The notes under the pieces: model-generated
Databases searched by the model: none
The model's input: only the letters and a program-made list of their open reading frames with translations
Told to the model about the DNA's origin: nothing
Made by a program: the position numbers and the translations under genes
DNA from: a virus
Taxonomy: Duplodnaviria; Caudoviricetes
IMG/VR virus record: IMGVR_UViG_3300044657_000313
Coordinates: 1-33,962 of that record
DNA length: 33,962 nucleotides
Strand: one strand, 5' to 3'
Part shown: positions 18,334 to 26,289 of the stretch, piece after piece
How the letters are laid out: each line of letters starts with the position of its first letter
Position numbering within the stretch: the stretch's first letter is position 1

Positions 18334-18608
18334 GCTACAAAAAACCACAAAACAAACGCGCGCTCAATTGCCTAAATTGCGGAGAGGATATCTCGCACAG
18401 ATCTTTTCAGACGAAGTATTGCTCAAACGCTTGTCGGCCCAAGTACGCATACGACCCGCTCAAAAACAGCCGACCGCAAGGCGCGACGGCGGCACCAATT
18501 ATTCGAAAATGCTTAGGCTGCGGTAATTCGTTCGAGTCCGAATGGATCGGCAACCGGGTCTGCTACAATTGTAAACAAGGTTCGGCATGGGAAAGGAATT
18601 ATTTATGA
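18330..18608 (+). CDS. Double zinc-finger protein
   Basis: CLNC..YCSNAC and RKCLGCGNSFESEWIGNRVCYNCK. GTG start after GAGGAGG. Confidence 0.75.
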   Translation: MSYKKPQNKRALNCLNCGEDISHRSFQTKYCSNACRPKYAYDPLKNSRPQGATAAPIIRKCLGCGNSFESEWIGNRVCYNCKQGSAWERNYL

Positions 18609-18787
18609 GCATACATAAAGAGATCGCCGCGAAAGCGGCCCAATAGTGGAGGGTGTTTTGCGCAGGGCCGACACGACACAAGGCGGCGAATTTGGTTCCT
18701 TTTTCGCCGCCGCTCGCTTCGGTTTTCTAGGCCCGACGCCGTGGCGGGTGCGCAACCCACGGCAACCTTTTCTAATTGGAGCCGATT

Positions 18788-19021
18788 ATGACACCGATGA
18801 TCGTTCTGACGAACCTACTTGATGACGCAATGTTGCCGGAAAAAATTGTCTCCGAACTCGATAAGCACGGCTTTGTAATTCGTTCGAAAGAACCAACTAT
18901 GCCTCGGGTGATCGACGGCGAACTCGCGTTCTTCACGGCGCTACATCCGGCGCACACTTTCAAATCATCAGAGATCGGTCGCGCCGCGATGGCGCAGGCG
19001 TACCGGGCAATGGTCAGGTAG
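18788..19021 (+). CDS. Hypothetical protein
   Basis: ATG after GGAG; ...KEPT...AYRAM pattern seen in small phage proteins. Confidence 0.65.
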   Translation: MTPMIVLTNLLDDAMLPEKIVSELDKHGFVIRSKEPTMPRVIDGELAFFTALHPAHTFKSSEIGRAAMAQAYRAMVR

Positions 19022-19032
19022 GAGGAATAATT

Positions 19033-19236
19033 ATGACCGAGACAGACACAACCGACCGCCAGCTATTCGCGCACCAAGAATGCACGCACGTCTATCCGCT
19101 CAACGATTTCCGCGAGCATGACACTGACAACGGGCAGACGTGCTGGTGCAAGCCGACTGTCGATGACGACGTAATCGTTCACAACGCAATGGATCAGCGC
19201 GAGTTGATCGAAACCGGAGAAAGGAAAATCCAATGA
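19033..19236 (+). CDS. Small His/Cys-rich protein
   Basis: HVYPLND.REH....CWCKP......HNAMD.RE; RBS AGGAGG. Confidence 0.75.
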   Translation: MTETDTTDRQLFAHQECTHVYPLNDFREHDTDNGQTCWCKPTVDDDVIVHNAMDQRELIETGERKIQ

Positions 19237-19313
19237 GCACAGGCGACATTGTGCGTCTGGACGTCGAAATCCCACGAGAGACATACGACGCGCTGGTCAA
19301 GATCACCGCTTGA
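19233..19313 (+). CDS. Tiny ORF, possibly a truncated ribbon-helix-helix protein
   Basis: MSTGDIVRLDVEIPRETYDALVKITA*; ATGA overlap. Confidence 0.35.
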   Translation: MSTGDIVRLDVEIPRETYDALVKITA

Positions 19314-19385
19314 TTTGGCGCAGCAAGTTGCTTTCAATATCAGGCGATGCGTAGCCCCACTTCCTCACCCCTGACATAGGGGCGG

Positions 19386-19811
19386 TTACTTGGATGCGCC
19401 CCGCCATTTATCGAACGAACGCGCCCCAGTATAGCCGAGGTATCCAGCCCCAAACAGCCAGTAAAGCTGATCGGGGAAGGCCAGCAACCAAAGCCGAACG
19501 CCTTCCGCAACTGCCTTGGCAATGTCGGGCTTGAAAGCCGATAGGACGCCCATAGGCAGGGCAAACAGGATGAAGATATATACGATGTACAGGAACGACG
19601 GACGGGCGCGTGAGGTCCAAGGGTCCGCGCTGTTGGCTTCGGCAAGGATAGCGGATAGGTCCGTTTGCACCTTGGCTATTTCCGCCTGAGCCTCAGACGA
19701 CATAAGCAGGGCCTTGGCCTGCGCCGCCGCCGTTGGATCGGGGAATATCTTATCAATGATTTTCCCGACCGTCGTTGAAACAGCCGTTACCGCGTTATCA
19801 ATTCCGAACAT
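19386..19811 (-). CDS. Holin (3TM / GTA-holin-like family)
   Basis: KIIDKIFPDP, AEANS..WTSRARP, hydrophobic segments, GYTGARSFDK. Adjacent to the endolysin. Confidence 0.85.
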   Translation of the reverse strand: MFGIDNAVTAVSTTVGKIIDKIFPDPTAAAQAKALLMSSEAQAEIAKVQTDLSAILAEANSADPWTSRARPSFLYIVYIFILFALPMGVLSAFKPDIAKAVAEGVRLWLLAFPDQLYWLFGAGYLGYTGARSFDKWRGASK

Positions 19812-19812
19812 T

Positions 19813-20145
19813 CTACACCTTCCTCGGATCGCCGTTAAGCGCAATCCACTGGTCGCTGATTTCTATGTGGATGTGGTCCTTCTCAACCACTACGTCGTAC
19901 CCCCTGCCCAACACGTTGCGGATCTCGGATGCCACCTGTTGCACGCGCTCTAGCGTCTTCATGTGCCGGGTCCGTAGGTCGAACGCATGGCCGACATAAT
20001 GGAATGAGTTGGGGCCGTGCTTGCCGTCCTTCACGGAGGTTATGCAGAACTCGCCTGTCGGTTCCATGATTGGCTCAATCAAGGCCATCGCCCGGAGCAT
20101 GGGGCCTTTGATACCGTCGAAGATTACGCCGTCCTTGACTCTCAC
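19813..20145 (-). CDS. Endolysin, peptidase M15 (Hedgehog/DD-peptidase fold)
   Basis: ITS..DGKH...SFHYVGHAFDLR...DHIHIE zinc-binding motif. Confidence 0.85.
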   Translation of the reverse strand: MRVKDGVIFDGIKGPMLRAMALIEPIMEPTGEFCITSVKDGKHGPNSFHYVGHAFDLRTRHMKTLERVQQVASEIRNVLGRGYDVVVEKDHIHIEISDQWIALNGDPRKV

Positions 20146-20333
20146 TTCTCCACCTCACGCAAGTCCGCCTGTACCGACTTGGACAATTGCTTGATCCAAT
20201 GCAGTTTTTCGCTGGTTGATAGGACGTGGGAAATAACAAGGTAGCCGTCACCCAAAGGTGTTGCCTTGTCCGTCACGGTATTGACCCATAATCCTCTTTC
20301 GTCCGTCACCGGGTAGCACAGGGGGCGGGTCAT
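20142..20333 (-). CDS. Hypothetical protein (63 aa)
   Basis: MTRPLCYPVTDERG...; coupled to both neighbours. Confidence 0.6.
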   Translation of the reverse strand: MTRPLCYPVTDERGLWVNTVTDKATPLGDGYLVISHVLSTSEKLHWIKQLSKSVQADLREVEK

Positions 20334-20758
20334 TCGATCACCTTTCGCCAATACACAGCTTCGGGAGCCGCCCATTTTTTCTTTGGGCTGTAGGTCCGAT
20401 ACCCGCAGGCAATGAGCGAATTAGCACTCGATGGATTGTCAATCGTGTAGGTCAAAAGTTGGGTTAGGCCGAGCGATAGGGCTTGACGCTCGCGTAGCCG
20501 GATCATCTTTTTCTGGATGCCCTGCCCGCGATAGGCTGAGACAACGCCAGCACGGCAGAGAAACCCCGCCCCGGCTGTGTTGACGTTCAACGACAGGCCG
20601 CAGAACCCGATGGCCTTATCGCCGTCGTAGGCAATCCACCAATGCCCGTCTAGCGGCGGTACGGGCGCACCATCACCGAACACGCGATGATGTAGCGCGG
20701 CCAGTTTGCCGACCATTTTTGCATCGCCCGTATTTATGGGTTTGAAAGCGATGGTCAT
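20330..20758 (-). CDS. GNAT-family acetyltransferase (second copy)
   Basis: WWIAYDGDKAIGFCGL, RAGVVSAYRGQGIQKKMI, NPSSANSLIACGY. ATG overlaps the upstream stop. Confidence 0.85.
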   Translation of the reverse strand: MTIAFKPINTGDAKMVGKLAALHHRVFGDGAPVPPLDGHWWIAYDGDKAIGFCGLSLNVNTAGAGFLCRAGVVSAYRGQGIQKKMIRLRERQALSLGLTQLLTYTIDNPSSANSLIACGYRTYSPKKKWAAPEAVYWRKVIE

Positions 20759-21927
20759 GCCACAGCCCTCAGCATATCTATTGAGCACGTCGTTCTTGCC
20801 ACTTCGCCATATTCGGAATGGTGGACGATCAATTTCATATCGCGCCCACTGAGCCACCCGCCGCCGACCGCGTAAGCATCCCCCGGCGCAAGCGTGCGGA
20901 ATTGCTCAACCATGCAGCCGTTGTATTCCTGCCGCGTGTCGTGGTGGTGGTGCCCCCGGTAGAAGTAGCGGTGGCGCGTCTGCCCCCAATCTTTCGCTTT
21001 CTCGGTCGCCATAATCCCCGGTAACGAAGTGTCTTTCGTCTTGTCGCCGTGGGTCACGCCAATCAGAACTTTGCCATGCCGGATATAATGACGGCGGGTT
21101 GGCATGTCATGTACGATAACACGGGGTTCATTTTCGTAGATGTTAGCCAGCATGATCGACAAAGCCATACTCAAAACTTCGTCGTGGTTGCCGATAGCGT
21201 TGACGACTTCGACCACTTCATGTCTATCAAGTGCGGTTTCGATGCACTGGCGCATTGCCGCTACACCAACCCGAATAACTTTCGGCAACCGTGTGTCCAT
21301 GTCCAGCACGTTGCCGTGCTTGGCTGTCTTGCCTTCCGTGTTATCAGCGTGGAAGAAGTCACCAAGATTAACGATCACACAGCGTTTAGAAGTGGGAGAC
21401 TGTGAGACAAGATACTGCACGGCGGCACAGAGGTCATGCTTGGCAATGTCCAGGTCGAAATCGTTTCCGACTTCATCGGCCCAGGCATACATCCCGAAAT
21501 GCGGATCACCGAACGGGATGACGCTCATAAGTTCGTCGGGGTATTTTTTATCTGCTGGCCTTGGCGTGATCTTTGGCAAATCTTCCGCCATCGCTTCAAC
21601 TGCGGCGCGGAATAGTTCGGCTTGGCGCTCTTGGTCAATCGAGGTTTTGACCCATTGCATACGTTGTGCGCCGGATTCGTCGTACAGCGTCGATGTTCCC
21701 TTGAGGTGAAACCCATCGGGCACCGCGCGGGTCATGTCGTGTTCCGGGGCGTAGCCTTGTCGAGCGGCCTTAGATTTTACCCGTTCAATCGCGCCCCGTA
21801 CCGTTCCTCCGCTCAACCCCAAAGCCTTTGCTGCGGCCTCTGCCGATCCATGTTCCGCCGTGGCGAGGAAGTATTTCCACTGTGCGTCAGTCGCAAACTT
21901 GCGAAGCTGCGGGTCGGGTTGGGTCAT
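20755..21927 (-). CDS. Calcineurin-like metallophosphoesterase with N-terminal HTH
   Basis: HGSAEAAAKALG (HTH); GDPHFG, LGDFFH, GNHD, THGD, GHHHH motifs. Confidence 0.88.
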   Translation of the reverse strand: MTQPDPQLRKFATDAQWKYFLATAEHGSAEAAAKALGLSGGTVRGAIERVKSKAARQGYAPEHDMTRAVPDGFHLKGTSTLYDESGAQRMQWVKTSIDQERQAELFRAAVEAMAEDLPKITPRPADKKYPDELMSVIPFGDPHFGMYAWADEVGNDFDLDIAKHDLCAAVQYLVSQSPTSKRCVIVNLGDFFHADNTEGKTAKHGNVLDMDTRLPKVIRVGVAAMRQCIETALDRHEVVEVVNAIGNHDEVLSMALSIMLANIYENEPRVIVHDMPTRRHYIRHGKVLIGVTHGDKTKDTSLPGIMATEKAKDWGQTRHRYFYRGHHHHDTRQEYNGCMVEQFRTLAPGDAYAVGGGWLSGRDMKLIVHHSEYGEVARTTCSIDMLRAVA

Positions 21928-22130
21928 CCCCGCCCCTTCGGGTCGCGGGTTCTCCACTCGTGCCACGCAATCATTATGCGGAGGCCAAGCAGGACGAGAC
22001 CGCCGACGACCGTGAGAATGGCCGCGCCAGTCTGCAACAATGTCAGCCAGAATGGCGATGTGACCGCCCCGACGCCAAGGGCGCTGTCTAGGGCGTGCTT
22101 GGCTGTTTGCGCTGCTTGATTGTCTATCAT
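21924..22130 (-). CDS. Small membrane protein (holin/antiholin-like)
   Basis: MIDNQAAQ...ALGVGAVTSPFWL..LQTGAAILTVVGGLVLLGLRI..., with a charged C-terminus. Confidence 0.6.
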   Translation of the reverse strand: MIDNQAAQTAKHALDSALGVGAVTSPFWLTLLQTGAAILTVVGGLVLLGLRIMIAWHEWRTRDPKGRG

Positions 22131-22131
22131 A

Positions 22132-22485
22132 TCAACCCCCAGCCGGAGGGGGCGCGTAGCAAACGACGCCCGTGCCGGGAACATAACATACAACAGCCTG
22201 GAAGAACGGATGCCTTGCGATGACTTCCGGGTCGGTGATTCTCGTTTGTGGGGGAACCGGGGCAAAGTCTCCGATTTCCTCAATCCATGCTTGAAGGGCA
22301 CCAGACGGGCTGAGACTGATTGCGCGGCGTTTGCAGTCCGATTGGTCGCAACACGACGTTCCCGCGCTGTACGGGCCTATATCGGACGGCATCTTGAGCG
22401 AATGGAACCACTCGGAAAGGTCGCCGTTTTTCTGCGCCATCGCAGGTGTAGCCAGCAGGATAAAGAGGATTGCAAGGCGGAACAT
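22132..22485 (-). CDS. Secreted Cys-containing protein
   Basis: Signal peptide MFRLAILFILLATPAMA|Q; WF.SL..P, SCC..SDC, VVC.....VVCY.PP. Confidence 0.75.
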   Translation of the reverse strand: MFRLAILFILLATPAMAQKNGDLSEWFHSLKMPSDIGPYSAGTSCCDQSDCKRRAISLSPSGALQAWIEEIGDFAPVPPQTRITDPEVIARHPFFQAVVCYVPGTGVVCYAPPPAGG

Positions 22486-24101
22486 TACCGAGCCTTAGCT
22501 GGTGTTGCGCCGTAACTGGCAACTTCAACTGCAATCGAATACGTATTCGATCCAGCCGTGTTATAGCTGGCCGATGATGTTATGATCTTGAGGCCGTTTG
22601 CCGTTGCGCGAGCGTGAGTGCCCCATGTAATAGCGTTGCCGTTGATTGTGGACGAACCGGCTTCGTCGGGGGCGTAACCTAGATAAATATAAGGTCCATC
22701 GGTTGAGGCATTACCAGTGAATGAACCAGTCAACGGTGTGACACTTGCCGCACTAGCGGGCGGATCGTTCGCGTAGATGTTGGCCGAGTTGAGTTCTACG
22801 AACCCCGTAGGCGCGGCTGTCGGTAGCGTCGTCGCGCCGCAATTCAAAGTGAACGTGCCCGACACGGTGTTGTCAGAAACAGCAATCAAATATTCTGTGC
22901 TGGTAGATATGCCGGTAAAGGTCGGGTTTGCATCCGTTGCAGGATCGCCGGACGCGAGCCAAGTACCATTAAAACCTACCCACAATTTTCCACCGGGTTG
23001 ATCGAACGCGAACATATAGTAAGCGCCGTTGGCTTGCGTATATGTACCGTAAGCAGACGCCGTTCCGTTGGTAAATTTACGATCCGAGAATGAACAGTCA
23101 ATTCCGTAACCGAGTTTGCCTATATCGTTCATATTATTGGTTGGCGGCTGTGAGGCTGGCATAATCCCCGCAACCTGTGTGCCACCACCGTTGATCGCGT
23201 CAGAGTAAACGATCCAATATGTTTTCATTGCAGGCAGCGAAATTGTCGCGCGAATAGACCCATTCGAGCCAGCAGTTACAACAGTCAGACCGCCGTTTGT
23301 GATCGACGTAATGCCGTCGTCTTTATCAAGCACGTTCCAGATCGGATAAACCGTGCTAGGGGTGTCCAGCGAGTCTGTGGGGGTGTTGATCGGTGTGAAG
23401 TCGTTGCTTTTTGTCGAAGCATCAACACCGTCAGCCGTGCGGAGCAAAAACGAATTACTTCCAGCCGCATCCACCGTTGCCTTGCAATCAATCGGTCGCC
23501 ATTCGCCATTCGCCGCAGTTTCAATAAAGGACGCGGACGTAACGACAGAGCCGTTGACAAGCGCGATTTCACTCAGAACACCGTCAGCATAATAGTCGGA
23601 AGCGTAGGCCCGCTTTCCAACGGCATGAACATACGAAGCATCACCAACAGCATAGGTGTCATTTTGAACCATGCTATTTGTTGCGGTGCTAAACGCGCTA
23701 ACCACAACGCCATTTATCTCAAGTGAATACGTCGGGGAGGCGGGCGTTGTGTCATAGGAGAAGCAAATATGGTAAGGCGCGGAAACGTCGCGGAGAACCT
23801 GGGTGGTTATCAAGTCCAGCTTCGTTACTCCGCCAGAAGTGATGACCACACCTAGATTATCGCTACCATCGGTGTAGATCATTACTCTGTTATTGGCGTT
23901 AGACGCGGCATTGAAAGGCGACATAGCCGCACCCAAAGAACCACGATGCCAACTAAAGGCAATAGTATTCGTCTTTTGGCCGTTTGATACAGCCGGAGTA
24001 AAAGTCAGCCCTTGCGAACTAGCCGCGCTGAAATGGATCGCGTTCGGTACGTCGAAGCCGCCAGCCGTAGCAACTGGGAAGGGTCTACCAATTAACGACA
24101 T
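22485..24101 (-). CDS. Receptor-binding / tail fibre protein with ConA/LamG-like and SPRY-like domains
   Basis: LRDVSAPYHI...DTT, YYADG.LSEI..VNG, NGEWRP, DTPS, FDQPGGKLWVGFNGTW...GDPA, PTGF..L, SFTGNAS.DGPYIYLGY.P. Confidence 0.8.
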   Translation of the reverse strand: MSLIGRPFPVATAGGFDVPNAIHFSAASSQGLTFTPAVSNGQKTNTIAFSWHRGSLGAAMSPFNAASNANNRVMIYTDGSDNLGVVITSGGVTKLDLITTQVLRDVSAPYHICFSYDTTPASPTYSLEINGVVVSAFSTATNSMVQNDTYAVGDASYVHAVGKRAYASDYYADGVLSEIALVNGSVVTSASFIETAANGEWRPIDCKATVDAAGSNSFLLRTADGVDASTKSNDFTPINTPTDSLDTPSTVYPIWNVLDKDDGITSITNGGLTVVTAGSNGSIRATISLPAMKTYWIVYSDAINGGGTQVAGIMPASQPPTNNMNDIGKLGYGIDCSFSDRKFTNGTASAYGTYTQANGAYYMFAFDQPGGKLWVGFNGTWLASGDPATDANPTFTGISTSTEYLIAVSDNTVSGTFTLNCGATTLPTAAPTGFVELNSANIYANDPPASAASVTPLTGSFTGNASTDGPYIYLGYAPDEAGSSTINGNAITWGTHARATANGLKIITSSASYNTAGSNTYSIAVEVASYGATPAKAR

Positions 24102-24685
24102 TAGACAGGACCAACAGGCGGATTATCCACCTCAGGCTCAGGCGGCTCAGGCGGGTACACACCCGGAACATTAGGCCAAGTAGGTTCCATCGTTACCAAA
24201 GTAGCTGCATCAGTTTCAGCAGCTACAGCTATTTCAAAGTCATTAGATGCAGTACGTACTGCTGAAACAGTACCCCAAATAACTTGTGCTGCATCCCAAG
24301 CAGCAAGTTCTTCTACGGTCCAGTTAGCGCGGCCCTTATCACTAAGGATCACACCTTGGGCTAGGAGATTGCGCTGCTTGTACTCAGGGATAAATTGCAC
24401 AATGAGGGAACCAGCCATTGCTTTACAGGCCGTGATCTTCTGCCCACGGATTTGCTCAATAGGCTCATACACCGCTGCGTAAGTCGCCGTAATGGTGTCA
24501 CCATCGAGCGAGTATGTCGGACCAGTCAAGGTTTGATGTGGTCCATGTGCCTTGCCAACTTCCTCATACTTGTAAAGGTCGAGAGCAGCATCAGGCCCGC
24601 CAGGAAACATAGTGTCTCCATTTGGCAGCACTACTTTTTTGCGGGCCTTCTTGGGCGATCCGTTGCTCCAAAATGCTAATTCCAT
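24101..24685 (-). CDS. Tail-fibre-associated protein / assembly chaperone
   Basis: Lies between fibre genes; PEYKQRN...VRTASN..E...PTWP pattern typical of fibre chaperones. Confidence 0.6.
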   Translation of the reverse strand: MELAFWSNGSPKKARKKVVLPNGDTMFPGGPDAALDLYKYEEVGKAHGPHQTLTGPTYSLDGDTITATYAAVYEPIEQIRGQKITACKAMAGSLIVQFIPEYKQRNLLAQGVILSDKGRANWTVEELAAWDAAQVIWGTVSAVRTASNDFEIAVAAETDAATLVTMEPTWPNVPGVYPPEPPEPEVDNPPVGPV

Positions 24686-24687
24686 GA

Positions 24688-26289
24688 TTAGACCGCCTGT
24701 GTGATTTCGATGTAGGTATTGGTGTTCAGTTTGCTGATACGGAGTAGGTTGACAGTGTTAGCAGTCATTACCGCCGTACCAGACACTTCATTAAACCCTG
24801 AGAGGGTTAGCGTGTAACCCCCTGTGCCATCGATGGTGAACTCCACTTCTAAGTAGCCATCATCGGTATCATCCGGTGCCGTCAATGTGAATGATCCGGT
24901 CATCGTCGCGTATTGGATATTGCCATTGCTGATGTGGAGCGTGGTGGCAGAGGACAGATTGCCGAGACTGTAGCTGGTAGTCAGCATACCAACGGTGAGA
25001 GTGTCTGACACGTCGGCTTTGAGTATGTCTGCATCATAGGCTTGAACGTCTGATCCAATAGACAGGCCCAAGTTTGTGCGCGCCGTTCCAATATTGTCGA
25101 GATCAGACAGGTTGTTGGACGCCAGCAGCGCGTTCGTCGGGGTATCGCCGGAGCGGCTGAACGAGACGTAGAGATCGTCACTAGCGCCGAGACTGCCAGA
25201 CGAGGAGACATGGGTGACAGGTATTTGCAACCACGTCGTGTTGTCGGTGATTGTGCCGGTAATCGAGAACACGAGGATAGTGGCCGGGGCACCGCTTTCG
25301 CGAATTAAAAGGTAGCCCTTGACCGCAGATGTGCTGTCGTCCCATACCGTGATGTAATCGCTAACGTCCGGGTTGCCGGAGGACGCGGACAGCGCGGACA
25401 CCGCGATTTGCGTAACGCTGGCCAGCGTAGCGTTGTTAAGGCGGACGTTGCCAGTGCCGGGGTCTGCCATTGAGGTGCTAGTGTTAAACTCCCAGAAGAC
25501 GGCTGCGGCAGCAGCTTCTGCTGCGGATGCGGACGCAGCAGCGTTTGTCTCGGACGTAGCCGCGTTAGTCTCACTGGTAGAGGCGTTGCTCTCGGACGTC
25601 GCAGCGTTTGTCTCGCTGGTGGCGGCGTTGCTCTCAGACGTAGCCGCTGCGGCTTCACTAGCTGCTGCGGCAGTCTCGGACAGGCCAGCGGCAGTCTCAG
25701 ATGCACTGGCGGCGGTCTCGCTGGCGTCCGCTGCTGTCGCGCTGGCCGCCGCTGCCGCAGCTTCTGCCGCAGCACCGCTGATTGCGGCTGTGGTTGGCCC
25801 AACTTCGAAAGCCGTTGCGCCTGCGTTGAACGCGAGAACCGTGCTGCCTGTAATGGCTGTCGGCAGCGTCGGGTCGAAGGCGCCGGTATAGCCGTCAGGA
25901 AGCTGCGCCGTGCGGTCCAGCGCGCGCTGTTGCTCTTGGTCGATGGCCGTCAGCCGGTCGAGCGCCTCCTCGTGGCTTTCCGCCGGGAACGGATCGTTCT
26001 CGACGTAATCGGTTTCCTGCGTCTGCGTAGTCGCCCGGTTGATTACCCATTTGACCGTGCTGGCTGGGGCCACTGTCGCCGTTACGGTGCCGGTCGCGCC
26101 GGAACCACCGAAAACAGTGAAGTCAGAGCCATTCGATTTAATTGTTTCAGCGCCGGTTGCGATGACCACCTCAACGACCTGAACCTCAGAAGTCGTGCCG
26201 GTGCCGAAGAACACATATGGAACAGCAAACGCCGTCGTGCTACCGTTTCCGTTGTACGAAACCGTGTTTGTGGTACTGGAAATGGTCAT
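24688..26289 (-). CDS. Tail fibre protein (T7 gp17-like N-terminal adaptor)
   Basis: YNGNGSTTAFAVPY.F...R.T..TQETDY..NDPFPAESHEEALDRLT, SETNAA coiled repeats, NNLSDL...ARTNLGL.IG.DVQAYDAD. Confidence 0.9.
   Translation of the reverse strand: MTISSTTNTVSYNGNGSTTAFAVPYVFFGTGTTSEVQVVEVVIATGAETIKSNGSDFTVFGGSGATGTVTATVAPASTVKWVINRATTQTQETDYVENDPFPAESHEEALDRLTAIDQEQQRALDRTAQLPDGYTGAFDPTLPTAITGSTVLAFNAGATAFEVGPTTAAISGAAAEAAAAAASATAADASETAASASETAAGLSETAAAASEAAAATSESNAATSETNAATSESNASTSETNAATSETNAAASASAAEAAAAAVFWEFNTSTSMADPGTGNVRLNNATLASVTQIAVSALSASSGNPDVSDYITVWDDSTSAVKGYLLIRESGAPATILVFSITGTITDNTTWLQIPVTHVSSSGSLGASDDLYVSFSRSGDTPTNALLASNNLSDLDNIGTARTNLGLSIGSDVQAYDADILKADVSDTLTVGMLTTSYSLGNLSSATTLHISNGNIQYATMTGSFTLTAPDDTDDGYLEVEFTIDGTGGYTLTLSGFNEVSGTAVMTANTVNLLRISKLNTNTYIEITQAV
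25500..25780. repeat. Degenerate 21-nt (heptad) repeats in tail fibre (AATSETN/AAASETA)
   Basis: Visible in the translation and in the DNA. Confidence 0.75.

Noticed and set aside
19340-19385. Hairpin CGCCCCT-atgtc-AGGGGTG after the holin, at the convergence of the two arms
   Set aside because: No U-tract on either strand; too weak to call a terminator.
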